Shown here: piece after piece, positions 9,416-19,104 of the stretch | Numbering within the stretch: position 1 is the stretch's first letter | Layout: each line of letters starts with the position of its first letter | Origin: Gemmatimonadota bacterium | Lineage (GTDB): Bacteria; Latescibacterota; UBA2968; UBA8231 | Assembly: GCA_038153405.1 (NCBI GenBank) | Contig: JAYOYH010000004.1 | Location: 64,001 to 128,000, forward strand | DNA length: 64,000 nt | Direction of reading: 5' to 3' | Position numbers and translations under genes: made by a program | The notes under the pieces: model-generated | Seen by the model: the letters and a program-made list of their open reading frames with translations, nothing else | The model's database searches: none | Told to the model about the DNA's origin: nothing

Positions 9416-10216
9416 CTAGCGTGAGCGGCTGCTGTAAATCAGCGGATTGAGCTCGTCGTTATCGAGCACATCGCCCTCTTTCAGCGTGGCCATATACGCA
9501 TCCGGCAGCACGTTTTTCTGCCCGTTGAACACTTCGCCATCGGGCATATAGGCACAGGTCATGGCGCGGCGGCGGCCCGGCGTCATATTGGCGCCGGCCC
9601 CGTGTGCGAGCAGGCCGTTGTGAAAAGAGCAATCGCCCGCCTTCATCGGCGCGGCCATGGCCGAGCGCTCCTGCCACTGCGGGTAGACGCGAAAGAGATC
9701 GGCCATTTGCTCGGTAATACCCGAGCTGTCAAACGTCGCCTCCCGGTGCGTGCCCGGCATAAAGTACAGACAGCCGTTGCTCAGCGTCGCATCGTCGAGA
9801 GCCACCCAGATCGAAATGGCGTTGCGCGACGAAAACGACCAGTAGGGATTGTCTAAGTGCCAAGCGGTGGGATTGGCCCAAGGCTCTTTGATCAGCGCCT
9901 GGTCGTGCCAGATGCGAATGCCCTCAACCCCGGCCAGTTCGGCGGCCATCTTGCCGAGACGCTCGTCGAGCATTAGCTCGCGCATCCCATCGTGGTCCAT
10001 CCACAGGTTGAGGCGCTGGGTAAAGACGCGATCGTAATAAGAATCACCGCTCTTCCAATCGCTATTGGCCATCTTCCGATCCTGGCGATTGGCCACCGCT
10101 TCGTCTACGCGCGCGCGCCACGTTGCCAACTCGTCGTCATCGAGAAAGCCTTCTACGACCAGCACGCCGTCGCGCTGATACTGCGCTATTTCTTCGCCAC
10201 TCAATTCACTTCTCAT
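9416..10216 (-). CDS. PhyH family dioxygenase
   Basis: YQRDGVL, HDQALIKEP, WHLDNPYW, WVALDDATLSNGCL, HGAGAN..RRA; the start overlaps the upstream stop. Confidence 0.9.
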   Translation of the reverse strand: MRSELSGEEIAQYQRDGVLVVEGFLDDDELATWRARVDEAVANRQDRKMANSDWKSGDSYYDRVFTQRLNLWMDHDGMRELMLDERLGKMAAELAGVEGIRIWHDQALIKEPWANPTAWHLDNPYWSFSSRNAISIWVALDDATLSNGCLYFMPGTHREATFDSSGITEQMADLFRVYPQWQERSAMAAPMKAGDCSFHNGLLAHGAGANMTPGRRRAMTCAYMPDGEVFNGQKNVLPDAYMATLKEGDVLDNDELNPLIYSSRSR

Positions 10217-11154
10217 GTTATTCTCTCCAGTTCTGCAATGGCAATTCCCCGCTCTCCGGCTACCGAATAGAGCAGATAGAGCCGATCGCCTTCGATGTAG
10301 ATGGCCGGATCGCGCAGCTGGTTGACCGCGCCCTTGGCCAGGCCCATGCGCGAGGGTTCGATCGGCAAATGGCCCCCTTCCCAATCGCGCTGCGGTGCCA
10401 GCAGCCGTTCCGGCTCGGCAAAGGTCCACTCTCGCCAGTCGGCACGCAAGTCCGCCCACGTGTAGAGCAAGCTCTCGGGGGCATCCTCGCTGCGCGAAAA
10501 CACTAGGTGCAACACGTCACCCTCCTGCCACAGCGCCGTGTGACGGCAGCGCGGCAGGTGTGTAGGACCTCGTTCGAAATTGCTCAGGCCATCCGGCGAA
10601 CGGTAGGAAATACCCTTGGCGAAGGCATAGTGCCAGCCGCCGTGCGCAAACACGCGAAAGTAGAATGCCCCGAGTATAGACGGCTCGACGTCAAAATGCA
10701 GTCCGTCGGCCGAATGGGCAACAAACGAAACCTGATTGAGATGCGCCTGGCAAGCCGGCGCGGGTTGGTGAAAATACATGCGCAGCTGGCGCCGCTCGAG
10801 ACAGACGTGCACATCGGGACTGGCAATATGCGCGCGCCCCGGGGCCCGATCCACGTGCAGCACGCCGGGTTCATACACCGTCCACGGCCCGCTCAACGCA
10901 TCGGCGTAGGCCATGCGAATATAGGCGCCGACGTGGTGGGCAAAATAGAGATAGTAGCGCCCCAGCGCGCCGTCGATCCAATCGGGTACGCGCACGAGCG
11001 AGGGTCCGTTTATATTCTCGCCCCGTTCGCCCTCTAAGCCGGTCATGTCTGGGTGAATAATTGGCGCGTCGAGCAGCCGCCTCACCGCAAAGCGCGTGCA
11101 TGCGCGCAGCGGCCTTCCCCCATCCATCGGTGCTTTGACAGTGCCGCATGCCAT
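10213..11154 (-). CDS. Glycoside hydrolase-like five-bladed beta-propeller protein (GH43/GH130-like fold), function unknown
   Basis: NINGPSL, YYLYFAHH, HIASPDV, QLRDPAIY..LYLLYS repeats. Start uncertain (11154 or 11127). Confidence 0.65.
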   Translation of the reverse strand: MACGTVKAPMDGGRPLRACTRFAVRRLLDAPIIHPDMTGLEGERGENINGPSLVRVPDWIDGALGRYYLYFAHHVGAYIRMAYADALSGPWTVYEPGVLHVDRAPGRAHIASPDVHVCLERRQLRMYFHQPAPACQAHLNQVSFVAHSADGLHFDVEPSILGAFYFRVFAHGGWHYAFAKGISYRSPDGLSNFERGPTHLPRCRHTALWQEGDVLHLVFSRSEDAPESLLYTWADLRADWREWTFAEPERLLAPQRDWEGGHLPIEPSRMGLAKGAVNQLRDPAIYIEGDRLYLLYSVAGERGIAIAELERIT

Positions 11155-11155
11155 C

Positions 11156-12481
11156 TTATAGCTCGGGTAATGCGAATACGTCGCCGGTATCGTCGACCCA
11201 CTGCGCCAGGCGCTCGTGCAGCCGATGACGTTCGCTGCGGTAGCGCGTATTAAAGGCCAAATTGACCTGCTCGTAGGGATCTTCGTTGAGGTTGTAGAGC
11301 ATCCACGGCTGCCCTTCCAAGGCGACGTATTTCCAGTTGTCGCGCGTGGCCACCCCGCGCCAGGGCCGGTCAATGCTATCGCCGTGCCCGGTGGGCACGA
11401 CCAGCTGTAAATAGGCCGAGTCGGGATCCGCGACGGCGGCTACCTTGCGCAGGCGATGGTGCGAATAGTCGGTACCGGGCATCCAGTCGGGTACCTCAAT
11501 ATCGCACAGCCCCAGTGAAGTCGGTCCTATGTCGACGTGGTTGATCGGCGCATCGCAGCGCGTGCCGGCCTTCATCTCGTAGCGGCGCCCACCGCCCAGC
11601 ACAAACGGCACGCGCACCGCCTCTTCCCACGGCGAGGTCTTGAGAAACTGCCCCTGTGATCCGTGCATATCGCCGTGATCGGAAAAAAATACAATATGCG
11701 TGCGGTCGTACAGACCGCGCGCGCGCAGCGCTTCGATTACCCGCCCGACGTTCCAATCGAGATTTTCAATCATGGCGTAGTAACCGGCTAGCTCGCGCCG
11801 GGCGCGCTCGCGCACCCCGCTAACGTTCGGCACATTGGGCCGCAGCTGCACGCGCTGCGGCGTATGCCGCCCCATCCACTCCGCCGGCGCCACGTAGGGG
11901 TTGTGCGGTGGCTGTGCGCTCAGTGCAGCGAAGAAAGGCTGATCCACTGCATCGCGCTCCTCTATGTGTCTGAGCAACAGATCCGTCAGCGCATCCGTTT
12001 CGTAGCCGTCGAGGCGATGGGACTCGACTTCCTCTTCACCTACGTGACCGTGTAACCAGGTATCGTACTGCGCGTTGTTGTTTTCGTAACCCAGCCAGGT
12101 ATCAAAGCCACCGCGGCGCGCGCGCGGCACGCGGTGAAATACGGCGCGGCCTTCGCGCTCTTGGAAACCATCTAGGTGCCACTTGCCGAAGTAGGCGGTG
12201 TGATAGCCGGCCGCGCGAAAGGGCTGCGCAACAGTCAACAGCTCCGGCGGCAGACGCATCTGATGCCCGGGCACGGCGCGGTGCGGATAGCGTCCCGACA
12301 GCAGCGAACCGCGATAGGGGCAGCACAGTGGACAGCCGGATACCGCGCGCGAAAACGTCACGCCGTCGGCGGCCAGCGCGTCGATGTGCGGCGTGTGCAG
12401 ATTCGCATCCCCCATACAGCCCAGCGCCTGGGCGCGGTGTTGGTCGCCAAAGATCCAAACTAGATTGGGGCGCTCGCTCAT
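11156..12481 (-). CDS. Sulfatase (Cys type)
   Basis: PNLVWIFGDQHR, CCPYRGSLLSGR, GKWHL, SDHGDM; AGGAGG RBS before ATG 12481. Confidence 0.92.
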   Translation of the reverse strand: MSERPNLVWIFGDQHRAQALGCMGDANLHTPHIDALAADGVTFSRAVSGCPLCCPYRGSLLSGRYPHRAVPGHQMRLPPELLTVAQPFRAAGYHTAYFGKWHLDGFQEREGRAVFHRVPRARRGGFDTWLGYENNNAQYDTWLHGHVGEEEVESHRLDGYETDALTDLLLRHIEERDAVDQPFFAALSAQPPHNPYVAPAEWMGRHTPQRVQLRPNVPNVSGVRERARRELAGYYAMIENLDWNVGRVIEALRARGLYDRTHIVFFSDHGDMHGSQGQFLKTSPWEEAVRVPFVLGGGRRYEMKAGTRCDAPINHVDIGPTSLGLCDIEVPDWMPGTDYSHHRLRKVAAVADPDSAYLQLVVPTGHGDSIDRPWRGVATRDNWKYVALEGQPWMLYNLNEDPYEQVNLAFNTRYRSERHRLHERLAQWVDDTGDVFALPEL

Positions 12482-12740
12482 GCATGTCCTCCTGATGCGG
12501 CTGCCGTGCGACGGCAGCGCGTTCGACTTGTGGTCCCGCGCGGCGTCGCTGCCGTGCGGTAGACTTTCCGTTACCGGTAAACGCGACCCGTCCTCGCCCT
12601 CAATATAGTGGTCGAGCGCATCGACTACCACCTGCATAGAGGCCCGTGTTGACACCCGTCGGGCGAACGCTACTTTACCCATAGGCCGCTAGCCAGCCTC
12701 TCCCGCCGGCCGCTGCACCCCTTGGGCCCGAGTTTGCCAC

Positions 12741-13310
12741 ATGTCACTTCGCTATCTGATCGCCGCCGCACTGCTGCTTGCCGCAGCCGGACTGGTGCTA
12801 TTCCACGACGGCGCCAACGCCTTTGATTTGGACGGCCGCCCATTCGACCCACTTGCTACCCGCGCGGCAGCCACCGCCCTGATTTTTGTCGGCCCCGATT
12901 GCCCGATTTCCAACCGCTACGCACCTGAAATCCAGCGCTTATCTGCCCGCTATGAACGCGACGGAGTGCTGTTTTTTCTGGTCTATCCCGATCCACAATT
13001 GAGCAGCGCCTCCATTCGCCAACACCTGGCGCAGTTTGCCTATGAGCTACCCGCCCTGCGCGATCCGCAGCACGCCCTCGTCGACTTAGCCGAAGCCGGC
13101 GCAACCCCACAGGCCGCAGTCTTTGACGGCGCGGGCGCGCTGGTCTACAGCGGCCGCATAGACGATCGCTATATAGACTTTGGCAAGCAGCGTCCCACCG
13201 CGCGCACGCACGACCTGGATGAAGCGCTGCAGGCTACTCTCGCCGGCAGGCGACCTGCCACCGCGCGCACACCGGCCGTGGGTTGCTATATCGCCGACCT
13301 GAAAGAGTGA
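12741..13310 (+). CDS. Exported redoxin (AhpC/TSA thioredoxin-fold) protein
   Basis: Signal peptide, DCPISNRY, ATPQAAV, YSGRIDD, C-terminal GCYI. Confidence 0.8.
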   Translation: MSLRYLIAAALLLAAAGLVLFHDGANAFDLDGRPFDPLATRAAATALIFVGPDCPISNRYAPEIQRLSARYERDGVLFFLVYPDPQLSSASIRQHLAQFAYELPALRDPQHALVDLAEAGATPQAAVFDGAGALVYSGRIDDRYIDFGKQRPTARTHDLDEALQATLAGRRPATARTPAVGCYIADLKE

Positions 13311-15010
13311 TGCAAATCCGATTATTACGCCGCGCACGCGGCCTCGCTGCCCTACTGCTCGCTCTCTGCGCCTGTCAGCCCGCTGCGCGCGAGGACGCAG
13401 TGCCGACATTTAGCCGCGATATCGCTCCCGTCGTCTTTGCCAACTGCGTGCCTTGCCACCGTGCGGGTGGTCCCGGTCCCTTTCCCTTTACCACCTACGA
13501 TGAGGTCGTCGACCACGCCGGTCAGATTGCCGAGGTAACGGCCAGTCGCTATATGCCGCCCTGGCAGCCGGCAGCCGACTATGGGCGCTTTGTCGGCGAA
13601 CGCAGACTAACAGATGCCCAAATCGACCTAATCGCGCGCTGGGTAGAAGGGGGAACGCCCGCCGGAGATCTGACGCAGCTACCGCCCCTACCCGAATTCT
13701 CTGAGGGATGGCAGCTGGGCACGCCGGATCTGGTCGTCGCCATGGATGCGCCCTATCTCCTGCCGGCCGAAGGCGCTGACCAGTTTCGCAACTTTGTCCT
13801 GCCCGTGCCCGGAGACGGACCGCGCTACATCGAAGCGGTCGAATTCCAAACCGACAACGCGTCCGTTATCCACCACGCTGTGATGATGTTTGATCGCAGC
13901 GGAGCCGCGCGCAAGCACGACGCACGCGAAGAGGGCCCAGGCTTTGACGGCATGGTCTTTGGCCAAGCACAGGGACCCGACGGCCATTTCCTCGGCTGGA
14001 CGCCCGGCAAGCAGGCCTATCGCGACCCGGCGCTGGCCTGGAAGCTGGAACCGGCCACCGATCTGGTCGTACAGCTGCACATGCTGCCTTCGGGTCGACC
14101 CGAAAACGTCGCCGTGCGCGTCGGCTTCTACTACGCCGACGGACCACCGCAGCGCACGCCGGCACTGCTGCGCTTAGGGCGCAAGGACATCGACATTGCC
14201 GCAGGCGATGCCGACTACGCGCTGCGCGATGCCTTTACGCTACCGGTCGACGTCGACGTCGTCGGCATCTATCCACACGCCCACTACCTAGGCAAGCGCA
14301 TGGCCGTCTACGCCGACCTGCCCGACGGGCGCCGCGAGTGGCTGATTCGCATTGAGGAATGGGATTTTAACTGGCAGGACGACTACCGCTACGCCGAACC
14401 GGTCGCGCTGCCGCGCGGCGCGACCATCGTCATGGAGTACACCTACGACAACTCGGCGGCCAATCCGCTCAACCCGCACGATCCACCCCGCCGCATATTC
14501 TACGGCCTGCAGTCGAGCGACGAGATGGGCGATATGACGATGCAGGTCGTTCCGCGCAATGACGACGATCTTAAAACGCTGCAGCAGCACTATGCGCGCA
14601 AGTGGGTCGCGCAGGAAATCCAAGGCTACCAAACCATGCTCTTGCAGGATTCGACCCACGCGGAAAACCACCATACGCTGGCCATGCTCTATCTGCGCAC
14701 CCGACAGAGCACGCAGGCGCAAAAGCACTTTGAGCGATGCATACAGCTGCAGCCCGACTACGCCGAAGCGCGCGTCAACTACGCGATTGCCCTCAGCGCT
14801 GCGCGCAATATTAAAGGCGCAATCGACCAGCTATATGCCGCCGTAAGCAGCCAGCCAGACTACGCCGATGCCCATTTTAATCTGGCCATGGCCCTGTTTC
14901 AAACCGGGCAGCAAGCGGCGGCCAAGGAGCACTTCTCCCACGCTGCACGCCTGCGTCCGGAAATGGCCGAGGCGATCCATCGCCAACTGCAGCGCCTGCA
15001 GCTGCACTAG
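13310..15010 (+). CDS. Lipoprotein with cytochrome c domain, PHM/DBH-type copper monooxygenase-like domains and C-terminal TPRs
   Basis: Lipobox-like LALCAC; CVPCH and MPPW; IHHA, QLHM, PHAHYLGK, DEM; TPRs (PDYAEAR.N, PDYADAHFNL); TGATG overlap with the redoxin gene. Confidence 0.8.
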   Translation: MQIRLLRRARGLAALLLALCACQPAAREDAVPTFSRDIAPVVFANCVPCHRAGGPGPFPFTTYDEVVDHAGQIAEVTASRYMPPWQPAADYGRFVGERRLTDAQIDLIARWVEGGTPAGDLTQLPPLPEFSEGWQLGTPDLVVAMDAPYLLPAEGADQFRNFVLPVPGDGPRYIEAVEFQTDNASVIHHAVMMFDRSGAARKHDAREEGPGFDGMVFGQAQGPDGHFLGWTPGKQAYRDPALAWKLEPATDLVVQLHMLPSGRPENVAVRVGFYYADGPPQRTPALLRLGRKDIDIAAGDADYALRDAFTLPVDVDVVGIYPHAHYLGKRMAVYADLPDGRREWLIRIEEWDFNWQDDYRYAEPVALPRGATIVMEYTYDNSAANPLNPHDPPRRIFYGLQSSDEMGDMTMQVVPRNDDDLKTLQQHYARKWVAQEIQGYQTMLLQDSTHAENHHTLAMLYLRTRQSTQAQKHFERCIQLQPDYAEARVNYAIALSAARNIKGAIDQLYAAVSSQPDYADAHFNLAMALFQTGQQAAAKEHFSHAARLRPEMAEAIHRQLQRLQLH

Positions 15011-15017
15011 CGATGGA

Positions 15018-15701
15018 TCACCATTTCATATTCATCGCCAGGCGCGGATAGTCCGTCACATTGCGGCTGCCCGAGTGGGCGCAGAACACGTGATAGAACA
15101 GCACGTCGCCCCGCCGGGGCACGACCTCCACGCATTCGCCGATATCCGCTTTGTTCAGCTCGCCGCCTAGCACCCACATTGGGCGATAGTAGTCGGGCTG
15201 GCTGCGCGCCAGCGCTGCAATCTTGCGGTGCGAACCAGGCCATACCACCGTGCCTCCGCCCTGCGGCTTGACGTCGTGTAGGAACGTCATCGACGCCACG
15301 CGAAAGGCGTGTGGAAAGGTCTCGTGCCCGTGTTCCTTGATCGAGTGGTCGATGTGCGGTCCGTGCGGCGCCCAGGGCTCTTGCGTTGGAAAGATATTAA
15401 TCGCATAGCCGCTCTTGGGCGCGCGAAACTGGCCGCGGTCCAGCGCGCCTTCGCTCAGCTGCCAAGCTGCCGTGAGCAGCTGCTCGGTATACACGGCCGT
15501 CAGCTCGGCATCTTCGTAGCCGGTGTGGCCGCTCGCGCGCTCCTTCCACGAAGCCGGATCGCTGCGATCCAGTCCCATGCAGCGCCACATCGCCGCCTCG
15601 GCGCGCTCCGCTACGTCGGTGGGGATTAAGCCCGATACGAGCAGGTAGCCGTTTTCGATATACGCTGCCACCTGCTGCTGCGTCAGCACGGGTTCCGTCA
15701 T
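15018..15701 (-). CDS. PhyH family dioxygenase
   Basis: YIENGYL, PHID, WPGSH, GDVLFYH..AHSGSRN...PR. Confidence 0.85.
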   Translation of the reverse strand: MTEPVLTQQQVAAYIENGYLLVSGLIPTDVAERAEAAMWRCMGLDRSDPASWKERASGHTGYEDAELTAVYTEQLLTAAWQLSEGALDRGQFRAPKSGYAINIFPTQEPWAPHGPHIDHSIKEHGHETFPHAFRVASMTFLHDVKPQGGGTVVWPGSHRKIAALARSQPDYYRPMWVLGGELNKADIGECVEVVPRRGDVLFYHVFCAHSGSRNVTDYPRLAMNMKW

Positions 15702-15725
15702 GGCACACTCCTCCTGTATGGCGTC

Positions 15726-17882
15726 CTAGCCAAGTATGAAAATAATATTGCGCGTCTGTCCGGTGATGTAGTCGATGACGATCCACAGCCCGTTGCACAG
15801 CGCTTCACCCGCTATCAGGCCGAGAAAAAAGCGCTGACTGCGCAGATAAAACGCCGGGCCGCCGTAGCGCATAACCATGCGCTTTAGCGCCCAGGCGATA
15901 AAGATGCTAAACCAAATTTTATTCATCAGGTGGTTGGCCGCCACGGCAAAACCAAGCGGATGCAGCGGCCACCACAATAGGTGCTGGCGCGCCCAGGTCA
16001 GCAGCAGCATTACGACCCCGCCAAACGCGAAGAATCCCAATTCCCCCCAGGCAATACCGGCTGGTTCCAGATTGCGCACGGCCGTATCGTAGACCACAGC
16101 GGGACCGCCCTTAAAAAACCAGCCGACTAAATTGATACCGCCGTGCTGATAGGCCATATGGAGCACCATCCAGCACGAACCAAAAGCGCCAATGCACACG
16201 GCCAAATAGGCGCCGTAGAGCACCAGACGTCGGCTGCGGCGATCCATATCTTCAATGAGCTTGAGTCCATTGGCCATCAGCGCGAGAATAAAAATGCGGA
16301 TGTCGGCCGCCCATATATAAGCCAGCGACATGTTGAGCACGCCCCCCGACCCCACTAGCGTCGAGCCCAGACCCTGCACCACTAAGTCGGGTGCGATCAT
16401 CGGCGAGCGCACCGCAGCAAGTCCCGCCTCAGCTACCACGCGACTGATACCGATAAAAATGAGCAGCGCCAAGACGACAAAGAGCAGCGCGACCCACAGC
16501 TTAGTGCCCATCAGCCACAGCCAGCCGACGACGATGGCGCTGCCGCCGACCAAGCCGCACAGCGCACCGCGGTAGGAGGCGACCTCGTCGCTATCGTCTA
16601 CATCGGCTGCTCCGGTCAGCGCCTTGCGCAGCACATCTTTGAGATGCTGGCGGCCCACCCACAGGCCCATCAGCACCATGGCGATGAGTGCACCACCGGC
16701 CTGGTAGGCCAGATAGGGCTGCTCGGCAATGCCGTATACAAAATTCTGCGTCGAGCGCAGACCGGCCAGCGCCAGCGCTTCCGATTCGGCTTTGGCCAGC
16801 AGGTGAAAAAACCACAGGCCGGCGGAGATATGCGTGTTGATCAAATAGGAAAAACCGATAATCGAAAACACTACGCGCAGCTGCAGCGTCTGTGTGCCGA
16901 TATACGAGGCAGCCCATGACAGATTCAGCACCGGATAGGCTGGATCGTAGTTGTGCAAGCCCTTTAACGCGCCAAAAAACAGCGGAATGGCCGCACCATA
17001 CCACATCGCTCGACTTTTGAAGAAGGCGTTGACCAACCCTTTTTCATCTTCGCCGCGCACCATCGCCAACCCCACCTGCGTCAGCGGGTAGGCCAGCCGC
17101 TCGCGCTCCACCCACTGGCGACGCAGGATCACCGCCGCTGAAATCATCGCTACATAGAGCGCCATCAGCAGCAGCCCCCACCACAACAGCGGCTCCACCC
17201 ACGCCTCCCACGGCACCGCAGCCTGCGCGCCCATACCCTCGTAGAACGTTTGATTATCGGTGCCGTCGTCGACCAATATCGAATGCCGCGGCAGCAGCGG
17301 CCCCAGCTTTTCTGCCCACTTATTTTCCGGCGTAGCATAGTAGGCCAGCGACGATATGATGGGCAGCAGCTGCTGGCTCATGCCCATCGTGCACAGGGCC
17401 GAAACCACCAACAGCATGATATAGACCAGCACTAGGTCGGCGCGATTGAGCGCCAGCGTCGAGCCGCGCACGGTAAGCGGCACGTTGGCGACGGCCGAAG
17501 CGATGAGAAAGGCGATCAGCCACAGACCTGGCTTAAGCCAATCAACCTCCTGTCCCGCGTAATAGCCGGCGGACAGGATCAGGGCGAAGGCCGCCAAGCC
17601 GAGGGCCATAGGCACCGAACGAGAGGCCACCTTAAACAGCGCATTGAGCAGGCCGATCAACACGATAAAGAGGAATATGGCACCCGGCGTATTGAAGTCC
17701 CACGCCATAAAGGTGGCGTGCATCGCCGTATTGGCATAGGGCGCGCCAATGGCCAAGAAAAAACTGAGAAACGCGCCGGTCCAAAAGCCGCGCCAGCTTA
17801 TGGAAGCCCCTTGACCAAAGACCAAACCATCGCTGCGCTCGTCGAGGTGCAGGGCGTATTCTTCAGGTATCTCTCTATTCAA
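15726..17882 (-). CDS. Large polytopic membrane protein, DUF6785/DUF6784-like (putative transporter)
   Basis: Many TM segments, LRRQWVERERLAYPL, RVVAEAG, WWPLHPLGF, FFLGLIAGE; TTG start with GGAGA RBS. Confidence 0.7.
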   Translation of the reverse strand: MNREIPEEYALHLDERSDGLVFGQGASISWRGFWTGAFLSFFLAIGAPYANTAMHATFMAWDFNTPGAIFLFIVLIGLLNALFKVASRSVPMALGLAAFALILSAGYYAGQEVDWLKPGLWLIAFLIASAVANVPLTVRGSTLALNRADLVLVYIMLLVVSALCTMGMSQQLLPIISSLAYYATPENKWAEKLGPLLPRHSILVDDGTDNQTFYEGMGAQAAVPWEAWVEPLLWWGLLLMALYVAMISAAVILRRQWVERERLAYPLTQVGLAMVRGEDEKGLVNAFFKSRAMWYGAAIPLFFGALKGLHNYDPAYPVLNLSWAASYIGTQTLQLRVVFSIIGFSYLINTHISAGLWFFHLLAKAESEALALAGLRSTQNFVYGIAEQPYLAYQAGGALIAMVLMGLWVGRQHLKDVLRKALTGAADVDDSDEVASYRGALCGLVGGSAIVVGWLWLMGTKLWVALLFVVLALLIFIGISRVVAEAGLAAVRSPMIAPDLVVQGLGSTLVGSGGVLNMSLAYIWAADIRIFILALMANGLKLIEDMDRRSRRLVLYGAYLAVCIGAFGSCWMVLHMAYQHGGINLVGWFFKGGPAVVYDTAVRNLEPAGIAWGELGFFAFGGVVMLLLTWARQHLLWWPLHPLGFAVAANHLMNKIWFSIFIAWALKRMVMRYGGPAFYLRSQRFFLGLIAGEALCNGLWIVIDYITGQTRNIIFILG

Positions 17883-17975
17883 CTGTTTCTCCGCTCCGCA
17901 GCCATCACACCATGCCCTTACCCTCAGTAAACAAGCGGTCGACGACCAACCGATCTCCTCCCTGTCGTAGCGTAA

Positions 17976-19082
17976 CTAGTGGGCAACCGAGCCATCGACC
18001 TGAAAGTGGCCCGTAATCGGCACCCGCTTCTGCGCATAGTCGGCGACCAAGCCCTCATCGATCTCAACGCCAATGCCCGGCCGATCGGAGACAATGCGGT
18101 AGCCGTTCTCTATCCGCATCGGCTCGTCGACGACGACCGCACCCGCCGCATTGCTCTCCATGAGCACGTAGTTGGGTATGGCCGCGGCAAAGTGGGTAAA
18201 GGCGGCGTTGTTGACGGCACTGCCCATCAGATGGGGAAAGATGCCGACAAAGGCCGACTCGGCAATGGCGGCGATCTTCTTTATTTGCGTAAAACCGCCG
18301 GCCAGCGAGACGTCCGGCCGGATCAGACTGACCAGCTTGCGGTCGATCAGATCCTTAAACTGCTGGATGCTGTAAAAGCGCTCGCCCGTGGCCACCGGCA
18401 AACGCACGCTGCGCGCCATAATTTCCAAGCCCTCGACGCTCTCGGGCGCCAGCGGATCTTCGTAGTAGAGCATGCGGTAAGGCTCCAATTCGCGCGCCAG
18501 CACGATCGCCTCCTCTATGCGTAAATTGCGGTGGATTTCCAGCCCCAAATCAATGCCGTAGCCAATGCCCTCGCGCACGCCAGCCACCATGGCTACCGCT
18601 TCGTCGATGACCTGACTAGCCGGCTTTTGCTCGAAACCGCTGTAAAATGGCGTCATCCGCAGCGAGGTATAACCGTTGGCGACGTGGCTGCGCGCACTGT
18701 CCACGCGCGCGGGCAGCGTTTCGCCGACGATATTTTCAAACACCTTCACTTTGTCGCGACACTTGCCGCCGAGCAACTGGTAGACGGGCAGTCCAACCGA
18801 CTTGCCGAGAAGATCCCACAGGGCGATATCGATAGCGCTCAGTGCGGCACTCAGCACCGCGCCGGCAAAGTGGGTCTGACGCGAAACGACCTGAAAGTGG
18901 TGTTCAATGCGGCGCGCATCTTGGCCGACATAGTACTCGGACAGTTCGTCGATGGCCGCCTTAACGACGCCGTGATGAGCCCACAGACCCGCCTCGCCGT
19001 TGCCGATAATACCGGCATCCGTATAAACGCGTACTAGCAGGTAGCGGTCGACCAGAAAGCTGCGAATTTCCGTTATCTTCAT
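17976..19082 (-). CDS. Enolase superfamily galactonate-dehydratase-like enzyme
   Basis: MKITEI, SAIDIALWDLLGK..G.PVYQLLGG, EIH, YEDP, ATGER, RPGIG. Confidence 0.9.
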   Translation of the reverse strand: MKITEIRSFLVDRYLLVRVYTDAGIIGNGEAGLWAHHGVVKAAIDELSEYYVGQDARRIEHHFQVVSRQTHFAGAVLSAALSAIDIALWDLLGKSVGLPVYQLLGGKCRDKVKVFENIVGETLPARVDSARSHVANGYTSLRMTPFYSGFEQKPASQVIDEAVAMVAGVREGIGYGIDLGLEIHRNLRIEEAIVLARELEPYRMLYYEDPLAPESVEGLEIMARSVRLPVATGERFYSIQQFKDLIDRKLVSLIRPDVSLAGGFTQIKKIAAIAESAFVGIFPHLMGSAVNNAAFTHFAAAIPNYVLMESNAAGAVVVDEPMRIENGYRIVSDRPGIGVEIDEGLVADYAQKRVPITGHFQVDGSVAH

Positions 19083-19104
19083 GTGTTTTCTCCTGGCTAA
19101 GACC

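Noticed and set aside
12482..12682. N-terminal extension of the sulfatase ORF, and the GCTGCCGT-GCG-ACGGCAGC hairpin as a riboswitch
   Set aside because: A strong AGGAGG RBS supports ATG 12481; the hairpin is short and matches no RNA family I recognise.
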